The translations under genes were made by a program, and so were the position numbers. DNA of 63,132 nucleotides, the filler included, from Atractiella rhizophila (taxonomy: Eukaryota): assembly GCA_021432655.1 (NCBI GenBank). It is 4 parts of 4 records of this genome, joined end to end, with 100 filler letters (N's around TTAATTAATTAA, not from the genome) between each part and the next. Parts side by side here need not be neighbours in the genome. Positions count along the whole stretch, not along the records: positions 18,175 to 36,232 come from MU271864.1; positions 36,333 to 54,388 come from MU271865.1; 2 more parts are not named here. One strand, written 5' to 3'. The notes below the pieces were generated by a model. It was not told the DNA's origin. It worked only from the letters and a program-made list of their open reading frames with translations, and did not search any database. Positions 25,897-38,012 of the stretch are shown here, in pieces (position 1 is the first letter of the stretch; the number at the start of each line of letters is the position of its first letter).

Positions 25897-27420
25897 TTAA
25901 TAGCCGAAAGGGAACGTCTCCTCTGCTCCTCTCACTTTTTTTGTAGGTAGCGCTTTAACAGGGGTCTACGCAGCCAGCCAGTTTCACAAAATCGTCAGCA
26001 AGTTATAAACGGGAAAGAAGAGAAAGCGCACCGTTTTGTCGAACCAGACAAATCCATCGTACTGTTCGGGAAGCGTACATCTGGCGTAGTGACTGGCGAT
26101 CTCAGTCTTTGGTCTACTCTTTGATCAGAACAATTCCCTCCGAAATGAAACGCAAAGGAGAGGAGAGTACATGACGAACCTGTAAATGACACCTATAAAC
26201 CGCTCCAGTCTTGGCTTCATCAGTAATGCCCTCGCCTCTGTATCGAGCTTTTCTTTTCTAAGATCGAGGAAGAATCGTTCCACGCCTGTATCATGTGCCA
26301 GCCTCTCATAGCTTCCTTCCATCCCAGGCACCACGTCCATAATCCTCATCACCCCATCCCACTCATCAGCAGCTGCGACCTGCCCGCTGTTGGTTCCAAA
26401 GCCAACCAACGCGCAATTCTCTGCCCCAAATCGTTCCCTACACAGCTGCCCAACATTCACCTCCTGCCTTTCCTTTCCCATTTCTGTGGCGCGAGCATCC
26501 CCAATATGAGAATTGTGAGCCCATACCACCGCTTTGGCCTTTGGATGATGATTTAGCAAGAGTTCCAGAGTGTCCACCATATGCGTATCCCTCAGGTTCC
26601 AACTCCCGTCTTCTCCCCAATACATAGACCTGTAGTATCTCTCGGCGTCCTTGACGAGGCGTGCGTTCACTTCGGCATCTAGGAAATCGTCTCCTGATGA
26701 TGATGAGGAGTCTCTGTTGTATTCGAGCCGTGCAGAGAGGAGGTCTTTGAGGACTTGAACCACTCCAGATTCGCAAAAAGAATGTTTCTTCGACCTCACT
26801 GCCAGGCCATAATATTGGGGTTCGTGAACGTATGGCGCGAGACAACCGTATTGCTTGCGCGCTTGTGCCGCAGAGTCCTTTCACGCACATAACCAATCAG
26901 TCCACCTGGAAGGATGACGGGAGAGAGACCGCACCGGATCATGTTTATCCAGATAGTCAATCACCGCTCTGATGCTCGCATTGAGCGAATACAAGTCCAA
27001 TCCAGCCCACCTCACCCTCTCGTCTTCTCCTACTCCCGTATTATGGCTTCTCACCCACTCTGCAAACTCAGCCACCTCCTCATTTCGCCACATCCAGGTA
27101 GGGAATCTGCTGAATGGCGGTTCGGCGCGTTCCCTCAAGCCTTTGCCAGTTGCTGAATCCCCTTTGCCGACTTTCAAACGCACATAACGATCGATGGATG
27201 CAGCGTCAGGCCAGTCTGCCTCCGTGGCGATGATTGAGAAACCGTGCTTTTCGATCAAACGGCGCGTGATGGCCGCGCGTGCAGTATAGAACTCGGAGGT
27301 TCCGTGCGAAGCCTCGCCGAGTAGGACGATGCGGGATGAGGAGAAGGAATCGATGAAAGAAGCGAAATTGGGGGAGTTGATTGAAGGTAGAGGGCGTATT
27401 GCGGATTTGAGAGATTCCAT
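25897..27420 (-). CDS. Erythromycin esterase (EreA/B-like) family protein
   Basis: IVLLGEASHGTSEFY, IIATEADWPDA, RFPTWMWRN, GLDLYSL, SWNLRDTHM, VVWAHNSHIGDARAT, LERFIGVIY, C-terminal ETFPFGY. Spliceosomal introns present. Confidence 0.9.
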
Positions 27421-28068
27421 GTTTGTTTTTGAAGGCCTCCAGCCCATGAACTTGGATAACAACTCAGAAAATGCACCAACTTGAATTTTGCAGGGCCTGT
27501 GCGGAACTTGCTGGAGGAACAAAGTTGCCAGAACAAAGGCCTTATTTCCTAAATAAAGCTTCTCATAGCTTTCCTACTCTCAGATTACGAGGCGACCTGA
27601 AAGAGATGGTGGAAAAACTACGAAGAAAGAAGCAGGGAAAAGGAAAAACCTGAGCTCATGAGGCGGCTAGATGACGTAACGTGTTATGCGCTGACGCGAT
27701 GTGTTGTACGAAATTCAACAATACAGTATGAGGCTACTGCATATCTCACGCAGATGTGGATTGTGGCGTTGCTGCTGCTTCTCAGATGGTGCTCCGAGTG
27801 CATTTACTCAAAGTCAGCATTCCAAGTTCTGACAGAAAACGGTTTTCAGCCATCCATCCAGTACCTGTCCATATAAGGCTTTGATGGTCTAACCCATGTC
27901 CCCATCCACAAAGTGTCTTCCTGTATTTCTCCAGTGACTTTGCTCAGTTTACTCTCAGACTATTTTTCAATCACTTTCAATTCGTTGATGCGCGTAGTCT
28001 GAAAGAAAGTAGAGCCAATTTCCGTTGCTCGCTGTCGCTGCTATTAGAGTGTACTAGAGAAGTATAAT

Positions 28069-31000
28069 ATGTTTTATTCTACTGTGAGTCGCCCTTGGCT
28101 GCTCCTTATGCTTCGGCTGGGCACTCTAGTAGCAAAGGAGGTGCATAAGGAGCCTCTTTCCGCCGCATTTAGGCCCCAGCGAAGATTGCGAAGGGACGCG
28201 TTGCATTGTACTATATGGACGTATATGGTTGAGAAACAACTGTTCCCTCGGTCATCGCGTAGTTATGAGGGCACTCGCAGTTGTCACGCCGTTACTCGAT
28301 ATTTTCTAGGATCTGACCGTCACGAAATTCTGTACAGGACATTCTTTCCCGTTCAACCCAAGGTTTCGGCATCTATTGGTCTGTCCCATTTCTACTCACG
28401 CGTTCTCCTCCCAAAATTGACGCGCTCTGTTTCGGTGTTTAGGCTTGCGGCGACTCTTGGTGCACGGTCTCAATTACGAAGATTGACGAAGAAGGAACTG
28501 TTGAGCGCTTCCATCACGAGTGCATGGTCTGTCTTCCCTTTATTTGAACCATTAGGGCTTTGAAATTGACGAGTTGGTGGAGTGAACAGTGCAAAGCTTG
28601 CAGCACCCACGGAACCGCTCGCGCTCAGGCTTAGTGCCAGCCTGCTCATGGGCATTGCGAGAGTGTACGGCCAACAGTGGACGCTTTGGATCGCAGACTG
28701 CGAAGCTTTGAAGTCTTCGTTGAAGCGTGCTGTACATGTAGCCACGATGTTTGTCTTTCTTCATCTGGTTCTTTTTCTACGTTGATGCGATTATGAATGA
28801 CATAGAGAAGAGAAGGGAAAGGAAGGGTTGGATATGCCCCATCCTCAGGCTAGAAAAGAGGCGATTACGAGAGGAGAGGCGTTCGAAGTGGGAGATTACG
28901 CAGGATGGGTACGAGCAATCATTCCACCATCTTCTTTACAATGGTAACCTCTGACCACCGATAGACGTATGATCCTTACGCTTGGTTCCTCGTGGAGCAA
29001 CAATGGACGGGTCGGGCAACTCCTGTTGATGATGAAGGAGAAGAGGGATGGTTTGGTTTGTAAAATTGGATTTTGTTATCAGTGCTTATGTATGGGGTAG
29101 AACCGTATGCCCCTTCTGAGGCACCACCATCGACTGTAGAACAGAAGCGCGCAGCTGAAAGCGGCAAGAGGAAGAGGCGACCAACGACCGTGGCTAGTAA
29201 TGAAGAGATCAGTCTGCGAGAGGAAGACCTAAACTACAATTATTCCGTTTGTTTCCCCAAACTCTTAAGTCATGGATGTATTGAAGTTGTATGTAGCAAG
29301 ATAGGGAGGACGATGCGTTGAGAATGGAAGACCTTGGTCTCGAAAGTGACATGGGATGGGAAGGCAGGGTCCGTTTCATTCCTGTTCCCCTCCTTTGGCC
29401 TCGTCGTTAACTGATAAAATCTCCGTAATGCCTAGGGTCTCCTCGCCGGTCTCGATGCGGAGCTTGACGCGCAACTGGGAATCCTTGACGAAGCGGAGCT
29501 GCAGATGCCGATGGACGAGGGAGGGTTTGCACTGGATCAGCAAGGGGATGTGAGTTTTGCAACGGATGGGGGAATGGATTTTGGGATGGGTTTCGATGTC
29601 GGTGCTCCTGGGTAGGGCTTTTAGGTTCCTCCGAGCCATATTAAATGAAGAAGCAGCACGGGAAGTTTGAGCGGAAGTGGAGCTGTGCTATTGGGGATGG
29701 ATGAGACGCATGCGCTTTACGAAAAAGACCAGCAAGGCGAAGGAATGAGTGCCGGAGATGCAAAGGCGAGGAAGAGGAGACGTGCAGAATCACCCTTCGT
29801 AATCTCCTGTTCTTCTGTCCGCGTTCAACCTGATTGGAGCTGGGCAGGAAGAAGAAGAAGTGGTTCAACTTCCTACCCCGAAGGAGTGGAAAAAGAAAGC
29901 TCGACGAACTTTCCATCTCGATCGAGCGACCAGCTTAGCATCCGCCGAGGTTCGCGGATTGGAGAGTTATAGGGAATTGATGGAACAGGAGAGAGATGAG
30001 AAGCAAGAAAGAGAGAAAAGGAAGGAGGGAGAAGAACTTGCAAGGAAGCTTGTTTTAGGTTCCCACAGCCTTTTTGATGTCGAAGGTGCTTTTTCATTTC
30101 ACAATCGGTCATGAGCTGATTGTGACGGTTACAGGCGCAGGGGGAGAGCTTGACAATTGTTCGTTAGCCTAATCTTTCTGTCTGGGTCATTGACGGTGTT
30201 CCCAGTCTTCAAGGATAGCATTGACGCAATTTGTTCGTTCTCATTCATGTCCCCACAGATTCCTTACACCCTTCGTAGTGAAAGCCAGGCGGGAGGCTCG
30301 CCAGGGTTTCGAAGGCTCGCCGTCAAGGTCCATTACCCGCTCCCAACGAGGCGGTCGCCCTCGCATCCAGATAACTTCTCCTTTTCCCAGCTCTCGTCCT
30401 TCTCCTCGAGACATCCCTCCGTTCGATCCACAATCAATGGATGTCGAATTTCCTTCTGTCGCTCCTGGGGTGACGAGAGATTTTTCGTTTAACGATCAAC
30501 TCCCTGCAACGTTAACCGAGATGGAGGGAGAGTTTCTTCCGCTGACTAGGAGAGAAGAAGAAGAGTTGATGGACGACTTGGAGATCAGAAGAGCGGGGGA
30601 TGTCGATGCCCAGAGTCAAAGGAGTTCGATCATGCCCTGGAATAGAAGAGCATCTGCTGTCGGCGGTAGCGACGTTGGATATGGTAACCACTTTCTCCCA
30701 ATCGGTGTGCCACTTCGGTTGATGGTAATGTCGCCGCAGCCCCGTACATCCCTAGCGCCGGAAGCAGTTATACAGGCGGAAGTCGAGCGAGAGGTAGCTC
30801 TCAACTAGAGACGCCTGGATATCTGAGGTTGGTTTAACCGTGCAGGACGACCGATAACTGAAGGAAAGTTAGGAGTGGGAGCCGAGGCGGAAGATTCAGC
30901 TCTGTACAACCTGCGCCATCTCCACTCGCCGCCATGGGAGGGGTAACCAATGTTGGTGTCGATTTTGAAGGTGCTACATATCTCTCCTCTGCATAATAAG

Positions 31001-31377
31001 CGAGGCTCACTCGATGGATAGAGGAAGACGATAGCCAGGGATTCCTTCCACCTCTGCAGCGCGAAACCTTCAACTTTCTCGAGTTAGTTTCGCTGTTCCG
31101 AGGGGTCCAGAATGAGAAATCTGACGCAGGTTCTCGCAGGTTCGCCAAAGCTCAGAGAGATGAACTCAAACTTCCCGGAGACTTCCACTTCTCCGACATT
31201 GCTCCTATCGCTGCGACAGATCCTGCAGTTGCTGCTCAAGCATTCTACCATGTACTCATGTTCGTATTTTGTATCATTGTCATTAGATCCCCTGACATGG
31301 GATACAGGCTTACGTCCAAAGGTTTGATGACTACGCATCAAGAAGAGGCCTTTGGTGAGATCATCCTCACATTTTAA
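28069..31377 (+). CDS. REC8: Rad21/Rec8 kleisin, Rec8-like meiotic cohesin
   Basis: Spliced N-terminus MFYST-DILSRSTQGFGIYW-LAATLGA..PLALRLSASLLMGIARVYGQQ; C-terminal winged helix FSDIAP..VAAQAFYH..QEEAFGEI. Confidence 0.8.
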
Positions 31378-31607
31378 CCGGAACCTCAACTCCTCTGATG
31401 TTCCATCCGTTGGTTCAGCCTGTCTCGAATCTATGCGATTATTTTATCACTTATCACGTTCTTTCGTCTGCTCAAAACGTATTTCACAACAGCACATTAT
31501 CAATATCTCAGGCATCTGTACCTATTAGCAACTGTCGTACGTTCCAATCATGAATATTTACTCTGCAATGCATGTGAGACCTCCTCTGTTCTCTCACAAA
31601 CTGTCAC

Positions 31608-32956
31608 TCATTTCAATGAGCAAAGTAACTTGATATCTAAATCAGGTGTCTCTGACGAAGATATTATTCTGTTTAAGCCATCATCTACATCCATGTCTTC
31701 AGCCTTAGTAAGGCCGTCAGAATCATCAATCTCTCTCTCCTCAAGCTCGGGATCATCGAGTGATTGAAAGACGTAGTGCGCTGCATCAAGAACGATGAAG
31801 GATTTGGGATAATGGCAAAACACAGTGCATTTGTCTCATCCACCTAAAGCGATAATAACAGACATTAGGTTGTAGTCAATGTTTGCTGCTGTATGCGCCG
31901 GTTTTGTACATAACACCGAAAGAGAGTCCAGACAAGTCCAAAAACGAACGCTTCACAGAGAATTAATCGAAGCCAATCTTCAAAAGTGAAGTTCCTCGTG
32001 ACGACCATCACCATGCACACAAGGCCAGCCAAGAGGAAATTCATCTATTCACAGAGTGAGCAGACATTTGAGAGGTACGAGTTAGAAACGACGTACTATC
32101 ACCGTGGGAGGCACCATCGCAATATACCCAATACCCATCTGATTGCGGTATCCAACCAAACCCCAGTTGTGCTGTACCACTGGGAAATAATGTTCTTTCG
32201 CAAAATACCGCTCCGCCCATTCCAAGCTGTACTTGCTCCGGAGAGGTGGAGGTTCTTCGCACTCGTCCTCGCTTTGAGCGCTTTGTAGATCTCTCAATTT
32301 CTGTAGATGGGCGGCAGTCTCTTCTGCGACCTGTTTATTGAGCGCCTGCCTGGGATTAGCGAGGCATGTAGGACGAAACCGATCCTTGACTCACCCTCTG
32401 AACCAACATTATGTTCACCAATATGGGAGATGGATTCATCGGCGTTGAATGCATGATTGCCTGCTGAAACGCTTTGGATTCGTGATAATCATGCACCGTG
32501 AACTAAGGTGGAAAGAATTCATAAGGGTCATTGAATGATCAAAGGACGAACTTCATGGTACACAGGCGGTTTCATTCTCAGTTCCAGCTTTTGCTGCGCT
32601 ATCGCTTCCTCTACCTCTGTTGGATATCTGCCGTGCTTCAAGTGGCGAGAGGAGGAGATGACGGGTCGAGGAATTCTGCTGCTTGTCTGTCCAAGAGAAG
32701 GTCAGGGCTCGTCCATCACTGATGAATGAAGAGCGCACTTTCTTCATTAATTTCAATGCCTTGAATTTATTCTTCGCCCAATTCTTCACATTCGTCGCAA
32801 CCTTCTTCGTCTTGACTTTGCTACGTGACTCCTTCCCAACCATTAGACAAGACCATGAGAAAAGAAGGAAACACGAACATCTGCATTGTCACCTCGACCT
32901 ACAGCGTCCTCAGGAAAGTCAAAGACGGGTAGATCTTCCAGCTCTGAATCTGACAT
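31608..32956 (-). CDS. Hypothetical multi-exon protein
   Basis: Chain of short same-strand ORFs separated by GT..AG introns (MSDSELEDLPVFDF.. to ..IKLLCSLK). No family recognised. Confidence 0.4.
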
Positions 32957-33431
32957 GGTCGCAGTGGAAAAGCAAATTGGACGAGGGTTCTTTGGGCAGA
33001 CGGGACGTTCGCGGTTCATATCTCTGTTCGATGTCGGAAGTCGGGACAGCTATAGATGGGAAGGTCGGGACGCAACTGTCGGGACTGGTGTTGAGATTAT
33101 GTCATCGGGGGTACATGGCATTAGCGCAACCTAGGCGAATGCAGTAAACGTAAACGAGAAGGGTGACCTGAGGTGACGATACAATAAGGAGAAACGATAC
33201 CGACGACTCGATGAATCGTGCAAATGGGAGAAAGCTGGAAGGTTAAAGTGCTGAGTGGCAGCCGTTTTCTTTGGGCTGAACTTTGTTGGGAGCGATCTGA
33301 CTGAGACATTCTCAAGCTCGCCACTTGCGTCAGCCTTTAATAAATAGAGGGCTTGTTTCCAGGATTACCACCTCTGATTTCCATCCCCCATTCGATTCCA
33401 TCAGATTTTGCCAGTCGAAAGTCAAACAGGC

Positions 33432-34394
33432 ATGGGAGAGCGATCAAAAAAGCCACAAAGTTGGTCAAAATTTTTCTCCAAACTTTTCTTGCCCTTCCCT
33501 GAATGGAAACGTAGACCGGGTATGGTATGCCATTCTCTCTCCTTCATGGCCTACAGCTGAACTAACAGCGTGAAAGGATCCTTTTCCCATCAGACTCATT
33601 GGCACCATTCTTTGTAACGCCTACATATTGTTCCTCGTGATCGTCACGTACCGCTACACCAGATATTGCGGATTCGTTTTACTCTGGCACTTGTATTGGA
33701 TCCCCTTTGCCTTTTTCAGCCTTCCATTTGCGACCGAGGAAATTTGGGAGGATATCACGAGCTGCTCTCTAAGAAGCGTACCACCAGCCGTTCTCCTCTT
33801 TTTAATGATTCTCAACGTCTATGAACGAACCTACTTCTGGTTCAACCTCGTACCGTTCAGGCTGCTCCCCGCCGCTGTGATACTCAGGGTGATTTTGGTC
33901 ACGATCCAAAATGACTGGGCCGAGGAAAGGAGGAGGAATGAGCCCGATTGTTTTCAGGTCGTATATCCTCTACCCGACGAAGATGATCGCGATTATCAGC
34001 TCCGACTGGAAAAAGCGAACGCGGAGCGAGCCAAGCATGCTGCAAGTGCGCACTTCTGTTCGAGTCTGCGACATGCTTTGACAAAAACACACAGAACGAG
34101 CGAAACCCAATGCATGAATCTTCGAGATCTCATTCAAATCTTTCGACGTTCAAGGTCACGCTGCAACAGACTTTTTCAGTTTCACTTGTGCTAATATTGT
34201 TTTCTTCGAGTTCACAAACTTTTGTGAAGCTCTCAGCCCATTTCTGCCAATATTTTCTCCTTTCCGCATTTCCAAGGTTCAAACAAAGATGTAAGCACTG
34301 TTCTCGTCTCTGTTCCGCTGTGACAGCAAGCGCAAAAGTGTTCTCCTTATTTTTTCCCCACTTCGAATTTCTTTTTGTTCAGGCCAAGTCTTAG
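33432..34394 (+). CDS. Small multi-pass membrane protein (copy 1); copy 2 from 34556 lacks the first codons
   Basis: MGERSKKPQSW..PGM/DPFPIRLIGTILCNAYILFLVIV.. with about 4 hydrophobic segments. 3' end uncertain. Confidence 0.45.
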
Positions 34395-35676
34395 CCCAAC
34401 CGATGAGCATAAAGATCAGAATGTTCTCATGTCTCAACAATTCTATCCAATATCCAAGTGCAATATGTAGCTTATCTTTGTATGGATGATTGACACGAAT
34501 ATCACCCAATATTCTGCCCTTGCGTCGTTTCTGCTGAGATGTAGTACCCACTTAGAAAGCCACAAAGTTGGTCAAAATTTTTCTCCAAACTTTTCTTGCC
34601 CTTCCCTGAATGGAAACGTAGACCGGGTATGGTATGCCATTCTCTCTCCTTCATGGCCTACAGCTGAACTAACAGGGTGAAAGGATCCTTTTCCCATCAG
34701 ACTCATTGGCACCATTCTTTGTAACGCCTACATATTGTTCCTCGTGATCGTCACGTACCGCTACACCAGATATTGCGGATTCGTTTTACTCTGGCGCTTG
34801 TATTGGATCCCCTTTGCCTTTTTCAGCCTTCCATTTGCGACCGAGGAAATTTGGGAGGATATCACGAGCTGCTCTCTAAGAAGCGTACCACCAGCCGTTC
34901 TCCTCTTTTTAATGATTCTCAACGTCTATGAACGAACCTACTTCTGGTTCAACCTCGTACCGTTTAGGCTGCTCCCCGCCGCTGTGATACTCAGGGTGAT
35001 TTTGGTCACGATCCAAAATGACTGGGCCGAGGAAAGGAGGAGGAATGAGCCCGATTGTTTTCAGGTCGTATATCCTCTACCCGACGAAGATGATCGAGAC
35101 TATCAGCTCCGACTGGAAAAAGCGAATGCGGAGCGAGCGAAGTATGCTGCAAGTGCGCACCTCTGTTCGAGTCCGCGACATGCTTTGACAAAGACACACA
35201 GAACTTGCGAAACCCAAATCATAACTCTTTAAGATCTCCTTCAAGCCCTTTCCACGTTCAAGGTCACGCCGCAGCAGACTTTTGTGAAGCTATCAGTTTC
35301 ACTTTTGCGATATTGTTTTCTTCGACGTTCACGAACACACTTTTGTAAAGCTCTCAGCCCATTTCTGCCAATATTTTCTCCTTTCCGCATTTCCAAGGTT
35401 CAAACAAAGATGTAAGCACTGTTCTCGTCTCTGTTCCGCTGTGACAGCAAGCGCAAAAGTGTTCTCCTTATTTTTTCCCCACTTCGAATTTCTTTTTGTT
35501 CAGGCCAAGTCTTAGCCCAACCGATGAGCATAAAGATCAGAATGTTCTCATGTCTCAACAATTCTATCCAATATCCAAGTGCAATATGTAGCTTATCTTT
35601 GTATGGATGATTGACACGAATATCACCCAATATTCTGCCCTTGCGTCGTTTCTGCTGAGATGTAGTACCCACTTAG
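33449..35676 (+). repeat. ~1.1-kb tandem duplication (33449-34555 / 34556-35676)
   Basis: Both units start AAAGCCACAAAGTTGG and end GTAGTACCCACTTAG. Differences cluster in the middle third. Confidence 0.95.
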
Positions 35677-35850
35677 GGTAGGCAACAAAGAAGCAGCAGG
35701 ACAAGTAACAATTCGTATAAAAGTGGTAAAGCGTTGCTGATTTTCCGAAGAAGAGGTAGGTATCGATGGCAAGTCGACATTATAAACAAACAACTGACAT
35801 TCCCTAATAACACAACACAGAACATCGAAAGCGCACCTCACTCTAAACAT

Positions 35851-36231
35851 CTATATCCTTCCAACGATCATAACAGCGCCAACCAACAAGGCGGTCGCCA
35901 GCACCGCCCGACCCTCCTTCCCGCGCAAGATTTCCGCACCACCCTGCTCGCCGCTACCTCCCGTGCTCTGACTCGGCGGCGGAGCAGTGAGCCAAGTCGC
36001 ACTGAGGCTCCCTCCATCTCCGGCGGTTGCCTGTGCCGACGTGTCGGTGGGAGTGGGACTTGGGGGACTCGTGATCCATGTCGGGGTGTAGTGGGAGACG
36101 GTGTCGGAGGGCAGGGAGGAGTAGGAGGCGGAGTAGCTGAGCGGTGCGCAGGAGGCGGGCGTGGGTGCTGGGGAGGAGGTTTGGCGTTTTTCGAGCGGGA
36201 GGAGGTGTGGATGGAGACAGGAGGAGTCGGC
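35851..36231 (-). CDS. Small Ser/Thr/Pro-rich secreted, probably GPI-anchored protein (5' lost in linker)
   Basis: Manual translation: ..LLPLEKRQTSSPAPTPASC..GGSGEQGGA..AVLATALLVGAVMIVGRI*. Kex2 KR site and hydrophobic C-terminal tail. Confidence 0.65.
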   Translation of the reverse strand, partial: ADSSCLHPHLLPLEKRQTSSPAPTPASCAPLSYSASYSSLPSDTVSHYTPTWITSPPSPTPTDTSAQATAGDGGSLSATWLTAPPPSQSTGGSGEQGGAEILRGKEGRAVLATALLVGAVMIVGRI

Positions 36232-36232
36232 G

Positions 36233-36332
36233 NNNNNNNNNNNNNNNNNNNNNNNNNNNNNNNNNNNNNNNNNNNNTTAATTAATTAANNNNNNNNNNNN
36301 NNNNNNNNNNNNNNNNNNNNNNNNNNNNNNNN
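36233..36332. other. Artificial contig linker
   Basis: N-TTAATTAATTAA-N, 100 bp. Confidence 0.97.
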
Positions 36333-38012
36333 AAACTCAAGCTCATGAAGAGCGATTGTAATTACCTGCGACAGATGTCAACATGATCCATCTTCAATCA
36401 GCCTGACGTGGAATCCTCAACTCATGAGCTCTCTTTCTCGGTTCGGTTCTACTCCGTCCAACCATGGTAGCGATTTGAAATCCGCGGGTGTCAGACTTCT
36501 TGCAGGTCCAGGAGCTGGTGATTAGCTTGGAGAAAATGGACCGAAAAAGTGACCAATGACAGATCTGCAAGGATGGGCTCCGGTCGTCTTGCCTCCCCAA
36601 CGTCAGGGGAAACCCACGTCGTCGTTCCTCTAAAGTCTTTCAAAAGGGTTATTCAACCGACTCGACAAGATAATCCAAAATCAATAATCTGAAGTGTCCG
36701 CGAATGACTATGACGTTACCGTTCAAATCCATGTGCGCAAAGCCAGGGGTCTACATGAAACCGATCCCATCAAGTAGTTGTTGAGAGAGAGAGATCGCGA
36801 GAGCGCTGTCAAGACGGCTTCGGAAGCTGCACACGGAGTCCCAAGCGGAAGAATGAGAAATCGGTCACATCTACACTCCATAGCTCGATGATCTTGATTG
36901 TATGGTTCCTTGAATCGGCAATGCCAGCAAGCCAACGGTGGATCTATGCTTCTTTGTGTTCCGGACGTTCGACGATTTGACAATGAAGCGCTAGCCGTCT
37001 CGTTGCCACACTTTTGCTACGAATGGGAGTGACGAGTACGCTATTGTCATTAGCGCTGACAATAGGCAGCTGACATGTACTCACCCCATCGAATATGGTC
37101 CATTCACCGGGATCCCAGCGTAGCGGCGGGGCAAAGGAGCAGCCTGCATCATTCAGGGACATTCAGACTGCATGATTATCCAATTTGGGTGCTTCTTGAA
37201 GTCGCCTTGCTACGGGTTGCAGTCTTGATCGTCAGTAGTTTTGCCCTCTTCGCTCTCTGTGCCGCTAGCGCACAAGCTGAGAGATTGGTACGCGAGTACG
37301 CGTCCACATCGACCTCCCTGTAGATTCTTATGAGTCTCGGAGAAATCGATGGTTCGTGGCAAGTCGATTTCAGATGGCGAATTGTACAGGTCAAGGAGAA
37401 ATTAGAGTGCCCGTTGGTAGACAACATTCCCCCGCCGAACGCTCAGCGCAAACTTTTGAAGACCAATACACTCTACGTACGCTGGCTGTCGGACATTCTC
37501 ACAACACATCAGGTAGCGGTCAACCTTCGGCTTGTCGTCGACTTAACAGCAGATGATGATGACCATGGGTCATTCTTCGTTCCATCCCATTAACGTTGAT
37601 AGCGCATTGCGCGATTCGAACCACCGCGACGCCGTAGAGCAGCATTCGGGTGTTGCCTGCTCGCGATTTCTTTGACTGAACCTCAAGCAAAAGTCGTGAG
37701 ATTTGTTGCAACTCGTCGGGAACTCGTAATCATTGTGAGGGAAATATTTGAACTGAGTAGTGTCAGTTGAGTTGGTTACGAAAGGCAGCAAGTATAAATT
37801 GCTAAGCTTGATAACTTCAGCCACGCCTCCATCTCCAGGACGCTGTTGTGGTTGTTCTGAGTTGTTCGCCTGTCTCGACTGCCATCAGAGTACTGTGGCT
37901 TGTGGTGGTGCGTTGTCCTCAGTCAGTAGGAACATCAGCTGAACATTGTTACTGGTATATAGAGTATTTTTTTTAGCAAGCTGGCCGTTGACACTGTGAT
38001 GACTATAGCTAC

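Noticed and set aside
36333..37930. Possible decayed minus-strand gene
   Set aside because: No consistent exon chain or recognisable domain could be built by eye.
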